A DNA stretch of 64,000 nt from Escherichia coli (GTDB lineage: Bacteria > Pseudomonadota > Gammaproteobacteria > Enterobacterales > Enterobacteriaceae): the NCBI RefSeq assembly GCF_017348835.2, contig NZ_CP071375.1. One strand, given 5' to 3'. How positions within the stretch are numbered: the first letter of the stretch is position 1; the number at the start of each line of letters is the position of its first letter. Below are positions 34,358 to 46,593 of this stretch, one piece after another. The notes beneath the pieces were generated by a model, which saw only the letters and a program-made list of their open reading frames with translations, made no database searches and was not told where the DNA came from. A program made the position numbers and the translations under genes.

Positions 34358-35314
34358 ATGCTACAAAATTGCGCACAATCAAATTGCCGCATTATTCCTA
34401 AGAAATTACGCGATATGAAACGTGAAGAGATTTGCCGCTTGCTGGCGGATAAAGTTAATAAACTGAAAAATAAAGAAAATAGTTTGTCAGAACTGTTGCC
34501 TGATGTGCGTTTGTTGTATGGCGAGACGCCTTTCGCACGTACACCGGTGATGTACGAGCCTGGCATCATAATTCTCTTTTCCGGACATAAAATCGGTTAT
34601 ATCAATGAACGCGTGTTTCGTTATGATGCCAATGAATACCTGCTGCTGACGGTGCCGTTGCCGTTTGAGTGCGAAACCTATGCCACGTCAGAGGTGCCGC
34701 TGGCAGGGTTGCGTCTCAATGTCGATATTTTGCAGTTACAGGAACTGTTGATGGACATTGGCGAAGATGATCATTTCCAGCCGTCGATGGCAGCCAGCGG
34801 GATTAACTCCGCCACGTTATCAGAAGAGATTTTATGCGCGGCGGAGCGGTTACTCGACGTGATGGAGCGACCACTGGATGCGCGTATTCTCGGCAAACAG
34901 ATCATCCGCGAAATTCTGTACTACGTGCTGACCGGACCTTGCGGCGGCGCGTTACTGGCGCTGGTCAGTCGCCAGACTCACTTCAGCCTGATTAGCCGCG
35001 TGTTGAAACGGATTGAGAATAAATACACCGAAAACCTGAGCGTCGAGCAACTGGCGGCAGAAGCCAACATGAGCGTATCGGCGTTCCACCATAATTTTAA
35101 GTCTGTCACCAGCACCTCGCCGTTGCAGTATTTGAAGAATTACCGTCTGCATAAGGCGCGGATGATGATCATCCACGACGGCATGAAGGCCAGCGCGGCG
35201 GCGATGCGCGTCGGCTATGAAAGCGCATCGCAATTTAGCCGTGAGTTTAAACGTTACTTCGGTGTGACGCCGGGGGAAGATGCGGCAAGAATGCGGGCGA
35301 TGCAGGGGAATTAA
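34358..35314 (+). CDS. yqhC: AraC-family transcriptional activator YqhC
   Basis: 318 aa from [10 protein letters not shown]...; C-terminal AraC HTH; divergent from yqhD. Confidence 0.85.
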   Translation: MLQNCAQSNCRIIPKKLRDMKREEICRLLADKVNKLKNKENSLSELLPDVRLLYGETPFARTPVMYEPGIIILFSGHKIGYINERVFRYDANEYLLLTVPLPFECETYATSEVPLAGLRLNVDILQLQELLMDIGEDDHFQPSMAASGINSATLSEEILCAAERLLDVMERPLDARILGKQIIREILYYVLTGPCGGALLALVSRQTHFSLISRVLKRIENKYTENLSVEQLAAEANMSVSAFHHNFKSVTSTSPLQYLKNYRLHKARMMIIHDGMKASAAAMRVGYESASQFSREFKRYFGVTPGEDAARMRAMQGN

Positions 35315-35353
35315 ATACGTTCCCGGTACAGCAACCGGGAACAGGGAAAATCG

Positions 35354-36013
35354 TCAGGCGTTACAGTATTTTTTTTTAATCACCACAAACAGCGTGCCCA
35401 ACAAGCCAGCGGTTAACAAGGCAATTGGCAGGATCATCAGGAACGTCATTACCTGATCTTCATGGCGTTTAACGAACGGAATCATACTTAAGGCATAGCC
35501 GAAACTGGTTACTACGCTGACCCACAGCAATCCGCTTAACCAGTTGAAAAACTGGAAACGGCGGTTTGGCAGACCGGAAATTCCCGCCATGGTTGGCAGC
35601 AACGTACGGACAAATGCAAGAAAACGTCCAGCCAGCAGCGCCAGCAGACCGTGGCGGTCAAACATGCAGGTGGCGCGCTGGTGGTATTTAGCAGGAAGCT
35701 GTGCCAGCCAGCCTTTCACCGTTTTGGTATTCCCTAACCAGCGCCCCTGAATATAACTTAGCCAGCAGCCCAGACTTGCTGCGGCGGTCAGAATCGCAAT
35801 CGTAGGCAGAAAATCCATAACCCCCTGGGCAATCAATGCGCCAGCCAATATCAACAAGCTGTCGCCTGGCAAAAATGAGGCGGGCAGCAGGCCGTTTTCT
35901 AAAAACAGCGTGGCAAACATGACAAAGTAAACAACGCTAACAATATGAGGATCCGCCAGCGCGGCAAAGTCGTGTTGCCAGAGCGCAGCGATGATATCTT
36001 GAATAACAGCCAT
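35354..36013 (-). CDS. yghB: DedA-family inner membrane protein YghB
   Basis: 219 aa polytopic membrane protein. Confidence 0.88.
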
Positions 36014-36152
36014 GGACTTTCCTGTGGAACAGCGTTTAAGCCTTTATCTGCCTATTGTACTCCTGAATCGTCCGGGACGCCTTGATCCCGGACGCAACAA
36101 TTTAAGACTTTTCACAATAAAATGTCTGCAAAATTGTCCAAAAGTGGCAATG

Positions 36153-37340
36153 TTATACAATCCGCGCAAAACCGGCGTCCAGATCGGCAATCAGATCGTC
36201 GACATCTTCCAGACCAATATGCAGGCGAATCAAGGTCCCGCTAAAATCGATCTCGCCTTGTGGGCGAATGGCGGCGATATGTTCTGGTTGATTTGCCAGG
36301 ATCAACGATTCATACCCACCCCACGAGTAGGCCATGCTGAATAAACTGAAGTTATCCAGATAGTTCGCCAGCTCTTCATCATTGAGTTTTTTCTTAAGCA
36401 CAAAGGAAAATAGCCCGCTGCTGCCTGTAAAGTCTCGTTTCCAGAATTCGTGTCCTTTACTGCCAGGCAGGGCAGGGTGGTTAACTCGCGCAACTTGCGG
36501 ATGTTCTGCCAGCCATTCGGCCACTTTCAGACTGCTTTCATGATGTTGACGCAAACGCACACCTAATGTGCGCAGGCCACGGCTGGTTATATAGGCGGTA
36601 TCAGCATCGACCATTTGGCCCATCAGATAGGCATTTTCCCGTAGCTGCTCCCAGCAACGGGCATTGCACACCGCAGTGCCAATCATCGCATCTGAATGCC
36701 CAACCAGATATTTGGTGGCGGCCTGAATAGAAACATCGATGCCAAAATCCAGCGCCTTAAACAGCATACCGGCTGCCCAGGTGTTGTCGATCATAATGAT
36801 GGCATCCGGCACCACACTGCGCACGGCGGCAACAATCGCCGGAACGTCGTGGACTTCCATAGTGATGGAACCCGGCGATTCCAGAAATACGATTTTAGTG
36901 TTTGGCTGCAGATGCTTAACGATATCGGTACCAATCAGCGGATCAAACCACGATGTCGTTACGCCCAGTTTGCTGAGGATTTTGCTACAGAAATCTTGAC
37001 TCGGTTCATAGGCGGTGTTGGTCATCAACACATGATCGCCCTGTTCGACAAAAGCAAGAATGGAATTAGCAACCGCTGCCGCCCCGCAGGGAAATAGCAC
37101 GCAGCCTGCGCCACCTTCCAGTTCACACATCGCTTGTTGTAAGGAAAAATGGGTTAACGTTCCGCGCCGTCCATAGAACAACTCGCCATTGGCGCGATTG
37201 CGTGTCGCGTGCTTTTTGGCTTCCACACTGTCAAAGACCAGCGAAGAAGCGCGCTGAATCACGCTATTTACCGCGCCGAGAGTGTATTTTTTGCTGCGTC
37301 CTGCATTCACCAGTTGAGTATCAAGCTTTTTGTCCGCCAT
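36153..37340 (-). CDS. metC: Cystathionine beta-lyase (PLP-dependent)
   Basis: 395 aa from [20 protein letters not shown]; PLP-lysine region; ORF-track start is upstream extension. Confidence 0.92.
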   Translation of the reverse strand: MADKKLDTQLVNAGRSKKYTLGAVNSVIQRASSLVFDSVEAKKHATRNRANGELFYGRRGTLTHFSLQQAMCELEGGAGCVLFPCGAAAVANSILAFVEQGDHVLMTNTAYEPSQDFCSKILSKLGVTTSWFDPLIGTDIVKHLQPNTKIVFLESPGSITMEVHDVPAIVAAVRSVVPDAIIMIDNTWAAGMLFKALDFGIDVSIQAATKYLVGHSDAMIGTAVCNARCWEQLRENAYLMGQMVDADTAYITSRGLRTLGVRLRQHHESSLKVAEWLAEHPQVARVNHPALPGSKGHEFWKRDFTGSSGLFSFVLKKKLNDEELANYLDNFSLFSMAYSWGGYESLILANQPEHIAAIRPQGEIDFSGTLIRLHIGLEDVDDLIADLDAGFARIV

Positions 37341-37360
37341 GTCGGGATTCCTGTTTTTAT

Positions 37361-37376
37361 ACGTCTGGATGTCTAA
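37361..37376 (-). promoter_or_regulatory. Candidate tandem MetJ boxes upstream of metC
   Basis: Minus-strand reads AGACATCCAGACGT, two adjacent 8-mers close to the met-box consensus AGACGTCT, about 20-35 bp upstream of the metC start. Confidence 0.45.
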
Positions 37377-37503
37377 ACTAGCATGAATATTCGCGGGCGC
37401 ATCCTGAAGAATTGGCATAAAGCAGAAAATTTTCGCAAATGGCGTGCTGGTGACTTTTTTACTGCGTAAACGCAAGGAAAAGAAAGCAAAGGTACGGCAG
37501 TAT

Positions 37504-37532
37504 GCAAATAGTAATGAGAACGACTATCAATT
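37504..37532 (+). promoter_or_regulatory. Candidate Fur box upstream of exbB
   Basis: aatagtaatgagaacgactatcaatt resembles Fur consensus; exbBD is a known Fur-regulated operon. Confidence 0.4.
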
Positions 37533-37591
37533 CGACGTCGTTTTGATATTATTATGCGCAGATTTTGTGACTTGCGTCCTGGAGATACACA

Positions 37592-38326
37592 GTGGGTAAT
37601 AATTTAATGCAGACGGACCTTTCCGTCTGGGGTATGTATCAGCACGCCGATATTGTCGTTAAGTGCGTGATGATTGGGCTTATTTTGGCCTCCGTAGTCA
37701 CCTGGGCAATCTTCTTCAGTAAGAGCGTAGAGTTCTTCAATCAGAAGCGTCGCCTTAAGCGCGAGCAGCAACTGCTGGCTGAAGCGCGTTCCTTAAACCA
37801 GGCCAACGATATCGCCGCTGATTTTGGTAGCAAAAGCTTAAGCCTGCATTTGCTCAATGAAGCGCAGAATGAGCTGGAACTGTCAGAAGGCAGCGACGAT
37901 AACGAAGGTATTAAAGAACGTACCAGCTTCCGTCTGGAGCGTCGGGTCGCCGCAGTAGGTCGTCAAATGGGCCGCGGTAACGGCTATCTGGCAACCATCG
38001 GCGCGATTTCGCCGTTCGTTGGGCTGTTTGGTACGGTCTGGGGCATCATGAACAGCTTTATTGGTATCGCGCAAACGCAGACTACTAACCTGGCAGTCGT
38101 TGCGCCGGGTATCGCAGAAGCTCTGTTAGCAACGGCAATCGGTCTGGTGGCAGCGATTCCGGCGGTCGTTATCTATAACGTATTCGCGCGTCAGATTGGC
38201 GGCTTTAAAGCGATGCTGGGTGATGTCGCAGCGCAGGTATTGTTGCTGCAAAGCCGTGACCTGGATCTGGAAGCCAGCGCCGCTGCGCATCCGGTTCGTG
38301 TCGCACAAAAATTACGCGCAGGATAA
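37592..38326 (+). CDS. exbB: TonB-system energiser ExbB
   Basis: 244 aa MotA/TolQ/ExbB family; apparent GTG start. Confidence 0.92.
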   Translation: MGNNLMQTDLSVWGMYQHADIVVKCVMIGLILASVVTWAIFFSKSVEFFNQKRRLKREQQLLAEARSLNQANDIAADFGSKSLSLHLLNEAQNELELSEGSDDNEGIKERTSFRLERRVAAVGRQMGRGNGYLATIGAISPFVGLFGTVWGIMNSFIGIAQTQTTNLAVVAPGIAEALLATAIGLVAAIPAVVIYNVFARQIGGFKAMLGDVAAQVLLLQSRDLDLEASAAAHPVRVAQKLRAG

Positions 38327-38332
38327 TGTCCG

Positions 38333-38758
38333 ATGGCAATGCATCTTAACGAAAACCTCGACGATAACGGCGAAATGCATGATATCAACGTGACGCCGTT
38401 TATCGACGTGATGTTGGTTCTGCTGATTATCTTTATGGTGGCGGCACCGTTAGCGACGGTAGATGTGAAGGTGAACTTGCCTGCTTCTACCAGCACGCCG
38501 CAGCCACGCCCGGAAAAACCGGTTTATCTGTCGGTGAAGGCAGACAACTCGATGTTTATCGGTAACGATCCGGTCACCGATGAAACAATGATTACGGCGT
38601 TGAATGCGTTAACCGAAGGCAAGAAAGACACCACCATCTTCTTCCGAGCGGATAAAACCGTCGATTACGAGACGTTGATGAAGGTAATGGATACGCTGCA
38701 TCAGGCGGGTTACCTGAAGATAGGTCTGGTCGGCGAAGAAACCGCCAAAGCGAAGTAA
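38333..38758 (+). CDS. exbD: TonB-system protein ExbD
   Basis: 141 aa, single TM then periplasmic domain. Confidence 0.92.
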   Translation: MAMHLNENLDDNGEMHDINVTPFIDVMLVLLIIFMVAAPLATVDVKVNLPASTSTPQPRPEKPVYLSVKADNSMFIGNDPVTDETMITALNALTEGKKDTTIFFRADKTVDYETLMKVMDTLHQAGYLKIGLVGEETAKAK

Positions 38759-38765
38759 AGTAGAA

Positions 38766-38980
38766 TTGCCTGATGCGCTACGCTCATCAAGCCTACAAAA
38801 TCTATTGCAACATGTTGAATCTTCGTGCGTTTGTAGGCCGGATAAGGCGTTCACGCCGCATCCGGCATTAGGTGCTCAATGCCTGATGCGCTACGCTTAT
38901 CAGGCCTACAAAATCTATTGCAACATGTTGAATCTTCATGCGTTTGTAGGCGGATAAGGCGTTTTCGCCACATCAGGTAA
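38766..38980. repeat. Tandem pair of REP/BIME-type extragenic palindromic units (two ~110-bp near-identical copies)
   Basis: gcctgatgcgctacgct[c/t]atca[a/g]gcctacaaaatctattgcaacatgttgaatcttc... occurs twice in tandem with few substitutions. Confidence 0.8.
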
Positions 38981-38997
38981 GAGTGAATTCACAATGA

Positions 38998-39031
38998 TGC
39001 CCGGTTGCTTTTCACAACCGGGCATTTTTTT
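38998..39031. terminator. Hairpin terminator adjacent to yghA stop
   Basis: gcccggttg...caaccgggc stem followed by TTTTTTT. Confidence 0.55.
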
Positions 39032-39914
39032 AACCTAAATGCTCGCCGCCGCACACGCCGTGCACTTCTGCGGTGACGTAGCTCGACTCCTGACTTGCCA
39101 GATAAACATATACAGGGGCCAGTTCCGCCGGTTGCCCCGCACGCTTCATCGGCGTTTTCTGACCAAACTGCGGGATCTTATCCTGCGTTTGTCCGCCGGA
39201 AATTTGTAGTGCCGTCCAGATAGGGCCTGGCGCGACAATATTCACCCGAATACCTTTCTCCGCGACCTGTTTTGCCAGGCCACGGCTGTAGTTCAGAATC
39301 GCCGCCTTCGTAGCCGCATAGTCCAGTAAATGCGGACTTGGCTGGTATGCCTGGATTGACGAAGTGGTGATGATACTTGCACCTTTCGGTAGCAGGGGGA
39401 TCGCTTCCTGGGTTAGCCAGAACAGCGCGAAAACGTTAATGGCAAAGGTCTTTTGAAACTGTTCGCTGGTGAGGTCTGCAATATCCGGAATGGCAACCTG
39501 TTTCCCGGCGACCAGCGCCATAATATCCAGCCCACCTAAGGCCTTATGCGCTTCGTGAACCAGCGAACGGGCAAATTTCTCATCGCTTAAATCGCCTGGC
39601 AGCAGAACGGCTTTGCGTCCGCATTCTTCAATGATCTTTTTCACATCCTGAGCGTCTTCTTCTTCCACGGGAAGATAACTGATCGCCACGTCAGCCCCTT
39701 CACGCGCGTAAGCGATGGCGGCAGCGCGACCGATTCCGGAATCGCCCCCTGTCACCAGGGCTTTACGATCTTTCAGGCGACCGCTACCAACATAGGTTTT
39801 CTCGCCGCAATCTGGTACCGGTGTCATCTTCGCCTGGATGCCTGGCGTCGGTTGTTTCTGTTTGGGATATTCACCAGTGTAATACTGCGTGGTCGGGTCT
39901 TTTAAATGAGACAT
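39030..39914 (-). CDS. yghA: Short-chain dehydrogenase/reductase YghA
   Basis: 294 aa [13 protein letters not shown] cofactor motif. Confidence 0.9.
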   Translation of the reverse strand: MSHLKDPTTQYYTGEYPKQKQPTPGIQAKMTPVPDCGEKTYVGSGRLKDRKALVTGGDSGIGRAAAIAYAREGADVAISYLPVEEEDAQDVKKIIEECGRKAVLLPGDLSDEKFARSLVHEAHKALGGLDIMALVAGKQVAIPDIADLTSEQFQKTFAINVFALFWLTQEAIPLLPKGASIITTSSIQAYQPSPHLLDYAATKAAILNYSRGLAKQVAEKGIRVNIVAPGPIWTALQISGGQTQDKIPQFGQKTPMKRAGQPAELAPVYVYLASQESSYVTAEVHGVCGGEHLG

Positions 39915-40035
39915 CGTTTTTCTCCCTTCAGGTTCAACGTCCTTTAAGGGTAGACGCTCTCGATGCGTTGATAAGGGAACCAGGAAGATCCCTAACCCTC
40001 AGAATTATGCGACAAAGGTTTAACGGATATGTTGA

Positions 40036-40599
<564 letters not shown>

Positions 40600-40638
40600 T
40601 CTGATACGGGCGCGGTTCTCGCGCCCGTAATTAACAGG

Positions 40639-41679
40639 TCATTTATCGGAAGACGCCTGCCACAGATTCAGCTCGCCATCGGCGATATGCTGATCAATCT
40701 GCGCCAGCTCCTCGGTGCTAAATGTCTGATTATTCAGCGCCTGCACGTTCTCCTCAAGTTGCTCCGCGCGGCTGGCACCAATCAATACCGACGTCACGCG
40801 ATCATCTTTCAGCAACCAGCTTAACGCCATTTGCGTCATTGATTGTCCACGCTGCTGTGCCATTTCATTCAATAAGCGCAGGCTGTTGAGGTTGGCTTCG
40901 GTGAGCATTTTCGGCGTCAGGCCACGAACTTTATTCCCTTCACGATGCATCCGTGAATCTTCAGGAATGCCGTTGAGATATTTTCCGGTCAGCAATCCCT
41001 GAGCCAGAGGAGTAAAGGCAATGCAGCCCACGCCGTTATTTTGCAGGGTATCCAGCAGGCCGCTTTTATCCACCCAGCGGTTCAGTAAATTGTACGAAGG
41101 TTGATGAATTAACAGCGGAATTTTCCACTCGCGCAGTAACTCGACCATTTTTTGCGTCCGCTCAGGCGAGTAAGAGGAGATCCCGACATAAAGCGCCTTA
41201 CCGCTTTGTACCGCATGAGCCAGCGCAGAGGCGGTTTCTTCCATCGGCGTATTTTCATCGACGCGATGAGAGTAAAAGATATCGACATACTCAAGCCCCA
41301 TACGCTTCAGGCTTTGGTCGAGGCTGGCGAGCAGGTATTTACGTGAACCGCCAGAGCCGTACGGGCCGGGCCACATATCGTAGCCAGCCTTGGTAGAGAT
41401 AATCAGTTCATCGCGATAAGCGGCAAAATCCTCCCGCAGCAGGCGACCAAAGTTCTCTTCTGCGCTTCCTGGAGGCGGCCCGTAATTGTTGGCTAAATCA
41501 AAGTGCGTAATGCCCAAATCAAACGCTTTACGCAGGATCGCACGCTGTGATTCCAGCGCGTTAACGTGACCGAAATTGTGCCATAAACCGAGCGATAACG
41601 CGGGCAGGCGTAAACCACTTTTTCCGCAATAGCGGTACTGCATCTGCCCGTAACGTTCGGGATTCGCTAACCAGACCAT
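40639..41679 (-). CDS. yghZ: Aldo-keto reductase YghZ
   Basis: 346 aa AKR family. Confidence 0.9.
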   Translation of the reverse strand: MVWLANPERYGQMQYRYCGKSGLRLPALSLGLWHNFGHVNALESQRAILRKAFDLGITHFDLANNYGPPPGSAEENFGRLLREDFAAYRDELIISTKAGYDMWPGPYGSGGSRKYLLASLDQSLKRMGLEYVDIFYSHRVDENTPMEETASALAHAVQSGKALYVGISSYSPERTQKMVELLREWKIPLLIHQPSYNLLNRWVDKSGLLDTLQNNGVGCIAFTPLAQGLLTGKYLNGIPEDSRMHREGNKVRGLTPKMLTEANLNSLRLLNEMAQQRGQSMTQMALSWLLKDDRVTSVLIGASRAEQLEENVQALNNQTFSTEELAQIDQHIADGELNLWQASSDK

Positions 41680-41835
41680 GACCTCTCCTTTCCACCGTTC
41701 AATTTCGAAACAATGTTTCTAGTTTAGCGATTCGCCAGCGCGTATCCCGTAGTCTGGCTCACAGAGTGACGAAAAATTGGGCAAAAACACGCGCTTATGC
41801 TTTGCTTAAAACAACACCAGTTGAGGAGTGCAACG

Positions 41836-42723
41836 ATGCCGCGTTTAACCGCCAAAGATTTCCCACAAGAGTTGCTGGATTACTACGACTATTACGCTCA
41901 CGGGAAAATCTCGAAACGTGAGTTCCTCAACCTTGCGGCGAAGTATGCGGTAGGCGGGATGACGGCATTAGCGTTATTTGATTTGCTCAAACCAAATTAT
42001 GCGCTGGCGACTCAGGTAGAGTTTACCGACCCGGAAATTGTTGCTGAGTACATCACGTATCCTTCGCCAAATGGTCACGGCGAGGTACGGGGTTATCTGG
42101 TGAAACCCGCAAGGATGAGCGGCAAAACGCCAGCCGTGGTGGTGGTGCATGAGAATCGTGGACTGAATCCGTATATCGAAGATGTGGCACGGCGAGTGGC
42201 GAAGGCGGGGTATATCGCCCTGGCACCTGACGGCTTAAGTTCCGTTGGAGGTTATCCGGGTAATGATGATAAAGGTCGTGAGCTGCAACAGCAGGTTGAT
42301 CCAACCAAACTGATGAATGATTTCTTTGCCGCAATTGAGTTTATGCAACGCTATCCGCAAGCGACAGGCAAAGTGGGTATTACCGGATTTTGCTATGGCG
42401 GTGGCGTATCGAACGCGGCGGCTGTCGCGTATCCGGAACTGGCCTGCGCGGTGCCGTTTTATGGTCGTCAGGCACCCACTGCCGATGTGGCGAAGATTGA
42501 AGCGCCTTTACTACTCCACTTCGCGGAACTGGACACCCGAATCAACGAGGGCTGGCCTGCTTACGAGGCGGCGTTGAAAGCCAATAATAAGGTTTATGAG
42601 GCGTATATCTATCCGGGGGTTAATCACGGATTCCATAATGATTCCACGCCCCGTTATGACAAATCTGCCGCCGATCTTGCCTGGCAAAGGACACTGAAAT
42701 GGTTCGATAAATATCTCTCCTGA
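41836..42723 (+). CDS. yghX: Dienelactone hydrolase-family protein (intact yghX-type gene)
   Basis: 295 aa from MPRLTAKDF...; Tat-like KREFLNL signal region; DLH fold motifs; uninterrupted reading frame. Confidence 0.7.
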   Translation: MPRLTAKDFPQELLDYYDYYAHGKISKREFLNLAAKYAVGGMTALALFDLLKPNYALATQVEFTDPEIVAEYITYPSPNGHGEVRGYLVKPARMSGKTPAVVVVHENRGLNPYIEDVARRVAKAGYIALAPDGLSSVGGYPGNDDKGRELQQQVDPTKLMNDFFAAIEFMQRYPQATGKVGITGFCYGGGVSNAAAVAYPELACAVPFYGRQAPTADVAKIEAPLLLHFAELDTRINEGWPAYEAALKANNKVYEAYIYPGVNHGFHNDSTPRYDKSAADLAWQRTLKWFDKYLS

Positions 42724-42841
42724 TAGGTTTATCTCTTACGGGATTACGTCTTAAACAAGCATGAAAAAATAGCGTGCGCAAAAGTCGTTCTTTGCCTAAA
42801 ATATTGCTATATATGATGATATATAGCGAATGAGGTGAACG

Positions 42842-43129
42842 ATGAATAACCATTTTGGTAAAGGCTTAATGGCGGGATTAAAAGCAACGCATGCCGACAG
42901 TGCGGTTAATGTGACAAAATTCTGTGCCGATTATAAACGCGGTTTTGTATTAGGCTACTCACACCGGATGTACGAAAAGACCGGAGATCGCCAGCTTAGC
43001 GCCTGGGAAGCGGGTATTCTGACGCGCCGCTATGGACTGGATAAAGAGATGGTAATGGATTTCTTTCGTGAGAATAATTCCTGTTCTACGTTGCGCTTTT
43101 TTATGGCCGGTTATCGCCTCGAAAATTGA
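42842..43129 (+). CDS. yghW: YghW (DUF2623)
   Basis: 95 aa ORF, remembered sequence. Confidence 0.8.
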
Positions 43130-43317
43130 TCAAACATACGTATTATCTTGCTTTAATTAATTACACTAATGCTTCTTCCCTTCGTTTTAGCACCCCGCCG
43201 CAGTATCATGATATCGATAACCATAATAAATGTGTGGTAAATGGCGCATCGATCGCATTATTGATTTTGCGATTGAGGCAAAATATATGCCAGGTCTTCG
43301 CAACGGAATAACTATAA

Positions 43318-44436
43318 ATGACTGGAGATAACACCCTCATCCATTCTCACGGCATTAACCGTCGTGATTTCATGAAGCTTTGTGCAGCATTAGCCGCCAC
43401 CATGGGGTTAAGTAGCAAAGCCGCTGCAGAGATGGCCGAATCGGTTACTAACCCGCAGCGTCCGCCAGTTATCTGGATTGGCGCGCAGGAGTGCACCGGT
43501 TGTACGGAATCTCTGCTTCGTGCAACGCATCCAACGGTAGAAAACCTCGTACTGGAGACTATCTCTCTGGAGTATCACGAAGTGCTTTCCGCCGCCTTCG
43601 GTCATCAGGTCGAAGAGAACAAACATAACGCTCTCGAGAAGTACAAAGGGCAGTATGTGTTAGTGGTGGATGGTTCCATCCCATTAAAAGATAACGGTAT
43701 TTATTGCATGGTTGCCGGTGAGCCGATTGTGGATCACATCCGCAAAGCGGCGGAAGGCGCAGCAGCCATTATCGCTATCGGTTCCTGCTCTGCGTGGGGC
43801 GGTGTTGCCGCAGCTGGAGTTAACCCAACTGGCGCAGTCAGCCTGCAAGAAGTTCTGCCAGGCAAAACCGTTATCAACATTCCGGGCTGCCCGCCGAACC
43901 CGCACAACTTCCTCGCGACCGTTGCGCACATCATCACTTACGGCAAACCGCCGAAACTGGATGACAAAAACCGTCCGACCTTCGCCTATGGCCGTCTGAT
44001 TCACGAACACTGCGAACGTCGCCCGCACTTCGATGCTGGTCGTTTTGCCAAAGAGTTCGGTGATGAAGGCCACCGCGAAGGCTGGTGCCTGTACCACCTC
44101 GGCTGTAAAGGGCCAGAAACTTACGGCAACTGCTCAACGCTGCAATTCTGCGATGTTGGCGGTGTGTGGCCGGTGGCCATTGGTCACCCGTGCTATGGCT
44201 GTAACGAAGAAGGTATCGGCTTCCATAAAGGCATCCATCAGCTTGCCAACGTCGAAAATCAGACTCCGCGTTCACAGAAACCGGATGTTAACGCTAAAGA
44301 GGGCGGCAACGTCTCTGCAGGCGCTATTGGTTTGCTCGGCGGTGTGGTTGGGCTGGTTGCCGGTGTCAGCGTGATGGCGGTGCGTGAACTGGGTCGTCAG
44401 CAAAAGAAAGATAACGCTGACTCACGGGGAGAATAA
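43318..44436 (+). CDS. hybO: Hydrogenase 2 small subunit (Tat-exported [NiFe] hydrogenase)
   Basis: 372 aa; twin-arginine signal RRDFMK; Fe-S cysteine ligands; C-terminal TM anchor. Confidence 0.95.
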   Translation: MTGDNTLIHSHGINRRDFMKLCAALAATMGLSSKAAAEMAESVTNPQRPPVIWIGAQECTGCTESLLRATHPTVENLVLETISLEYHEVLSAAFGHQVEENKHNALEKYKGQYVLVVDGSIPLKDNGIYCMVAGEPIVDHIRKAAEGAAAIIAIGSCSAWGGVAAAGVNPTGAVSLQEVLPGKTVINIPGCPPNPHNFLATVAHIITYGKPPKLDDKNRPTFAYGRLIHEHCERRPHFDAGRFAKEFGDEGHREGWCLYHLGCKGPETYGNCSTLQFCDVGGVWPVAIGHPCYGCNEEGIGFHKGIHQLANVENQTPRSQKPDVNAKEGGNVSAGAIGLLGGVVGLVAGVSVMAVRELGRQQKKDNADSRGE

Positions 44437-44438
44437 CC

Positions 44439-45425
44439 GTGAACAGACGTAATTTTATTAAAGCAGCCTCCTGCGGGGCATTGCTGACGGGCGCGCTGCC
44501 GTCTGTCAGTCATGCGGCTGCTGAAAACCGCCCGCCAATTCCGGGATCGCTGGGGATGTTGTACGACTCGACCTTGTGCGTAGGCTGCCAGGCTTGCGTC
44601 ACCAAGTGTCAGGATATCAACTTCCCTGAACGTAACCCGCAAGGGGAACAGACCTGGTCGAACAACGACAAACTGTCGCCGTATACCAATAACATCATTC
44701 AGGTGTGGACCAGCGGCACAGGGGTCAACAAAGACCAGGAGGAGAACGGCTACGCGTACATTAAGAAACAGTGTATGCACTGCGTCGATCCGAACTGTGT
44801 CTCTGTGTGCCCGGTCTCTGCGCTGAAAAAAGATCCGAAAACCGGCATTGTCCATTACGACAAAGACGTGTGCACCGGTTGCCGTTACTGCATGGTCGCC
44901 TGTCCGTACAACGTGCCGAAGTACGACTACAACAACCCGTTTGGTGCGCTGCATAAGTGCGAGCTGTGCAACCAGAAAGGTGTGGAACGTCTCGATAAAG
45001 GCGGTCTGCCTGGCTGCGTAGAAGTGTGCCCGGCGGGCGCGGTGATTTTTGGTACGCGTGAAGAGCTGATGGCGGAGGCGAAAAAACGTCTGGCGCTGAA
45101 GCCTGGCAGCGAATACCACTATCCGCGTCAGACGCTGAAATCTGGCGACACTTACCTGCATACGGTGCCGAAATATTATCCGCATCTGTACGGCGAGAAA
45201 GAGGGCGGCGGTACTCAGGTTCTGGTACTGACGGGTGTGCCTTATGAAAATCTCGACCTGCCGAAACTGGACGATCTTTCTACCGGTGCGCGTTCCGAAA
45301 ATATTCAACACACCCTGTATAAAGGCATGATGCTACCACTGGCTGTGCTGGCGGGCTTAACCGTGCTGGTTCGTCGCAACACCAAAAACGACCATCACGA
45401 CGGAGGAGACGATCATGAGTCATGA
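44439..45425 (+). CDS. hybA: Hydrogenase 2 ferredoxin-type 4Fe-4S subunit
   Basis: 328 aa; Tat signal RRNFIK; multiple CxxCxxCxxxCP motifs. Confidence 0.95.
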
Positions 45426-46593
45426 TCCAAAACCGCTGGGCGGCAAAATCATCAGTAAACCGGTCATGATTTTTGGACCGTTAATCGTCATCTGTATGCT
45501 CCTGATTGTGAAGCGTCTGGTGTTCGGTCTGGGCTCTGTCTCCGACCTGAACGGCGGCTTTCCGTGGGGCGTGTGGATCGCGTTTGACCTGCTGATCGGC
45601 ACCGGCTTTGCCTGTGGCGGCTGGGCGCTGGCGTGGGCGGTATACGTCTTTAACCGTGGGCAATACCATCCGCTGGTGCGTCCGGCGCTGTTGGCGAGTC
45701 TGTTTGGTTACTCACTGGGTGGTTTGTCGATCACTATCGACGTGGGTCGCTACTGGAACCTGCCGTACTTCTACATTCCGGGTCACTTCAACGTGAACTC
45801 GGTACTGTTCGAGACGGCGGTCTGTATGACCATCTACATCGGTGTGATGGCACTGGAGTTTGCTCCGGCACTGTTTGAACGTCTGGGCTGGAAGGTGTCG
45901 CTACAGCGTCTGAACAAGGTGATGTTCTTCATCATTGCACTTGGCGCGCTGCTGCCGACCATGCACCAGTCTTCAATGGGGTCGCTGATGATTTCGGCGG
46001 GCTACAAGGTGCATCCGCTGTGGCAGAGCTATGAAATGTTGCCGCTGTTCTCGCTGCTGACGGCGTTCATCATGGGCTTCTCGATTGTCATCTTTGAAGG
46101 TTCGCTGGTGCAGGCGGGTCTACGTGGCAACGGTCCGGATGAAAAGAGTCTGTTCGTTAAGCTGACCAACACCATCAGTGTGTTGCTGGCGATTTTCATC
46201 GTGCTGCGCTTTGGCGAGCTTATCTATCGCGACAAGCTGTCGTTAGCGTTTGCCGGTGACTTCTACTCCGTGATGTTCTGGATTGAAGTCCTGCTGATGC
46301 TCTTCCCGCTGGTGGTTCTGCGTGTGGCGAAGCTGCGTAATGATTCCCGCATGCTGTTCCTGTCGGCACTGAGCGCGCTGTTAGGTTGTGCAACCTGGCG
46401 TCTGACCTATTCGCTGGTGGCATTCAACCCGGGCGGCGGTTACGCCTACTTCCCGACCTGGGAAGAACTGTTGATTTCTATTGGTTTTGTGGCTATTGAG
46501 ATTTGCGCTTACATCGTACTCATTCGTCTACTGCCGATACTTCCTCCTTTAAAACAAAACGATCATAATCGTCATGAGGCGAGCAAAGCATGA
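45415..46593 (+). CDS. hybB: Hydrogenase 2 integral membrane subunit (NrfD/PsrC family)
   Basis: 392 aa polytopic membrane protein; overlaps hybA stop. Confidence 0.93.

Noticed and set aside
44397-45311. 304-aa minus-strand ORF overlapping hybA
   Set aside because: Antisense to hybA in a tightly packed, translationally coupled operon; Arg-rich composition typical of a spurious frame.
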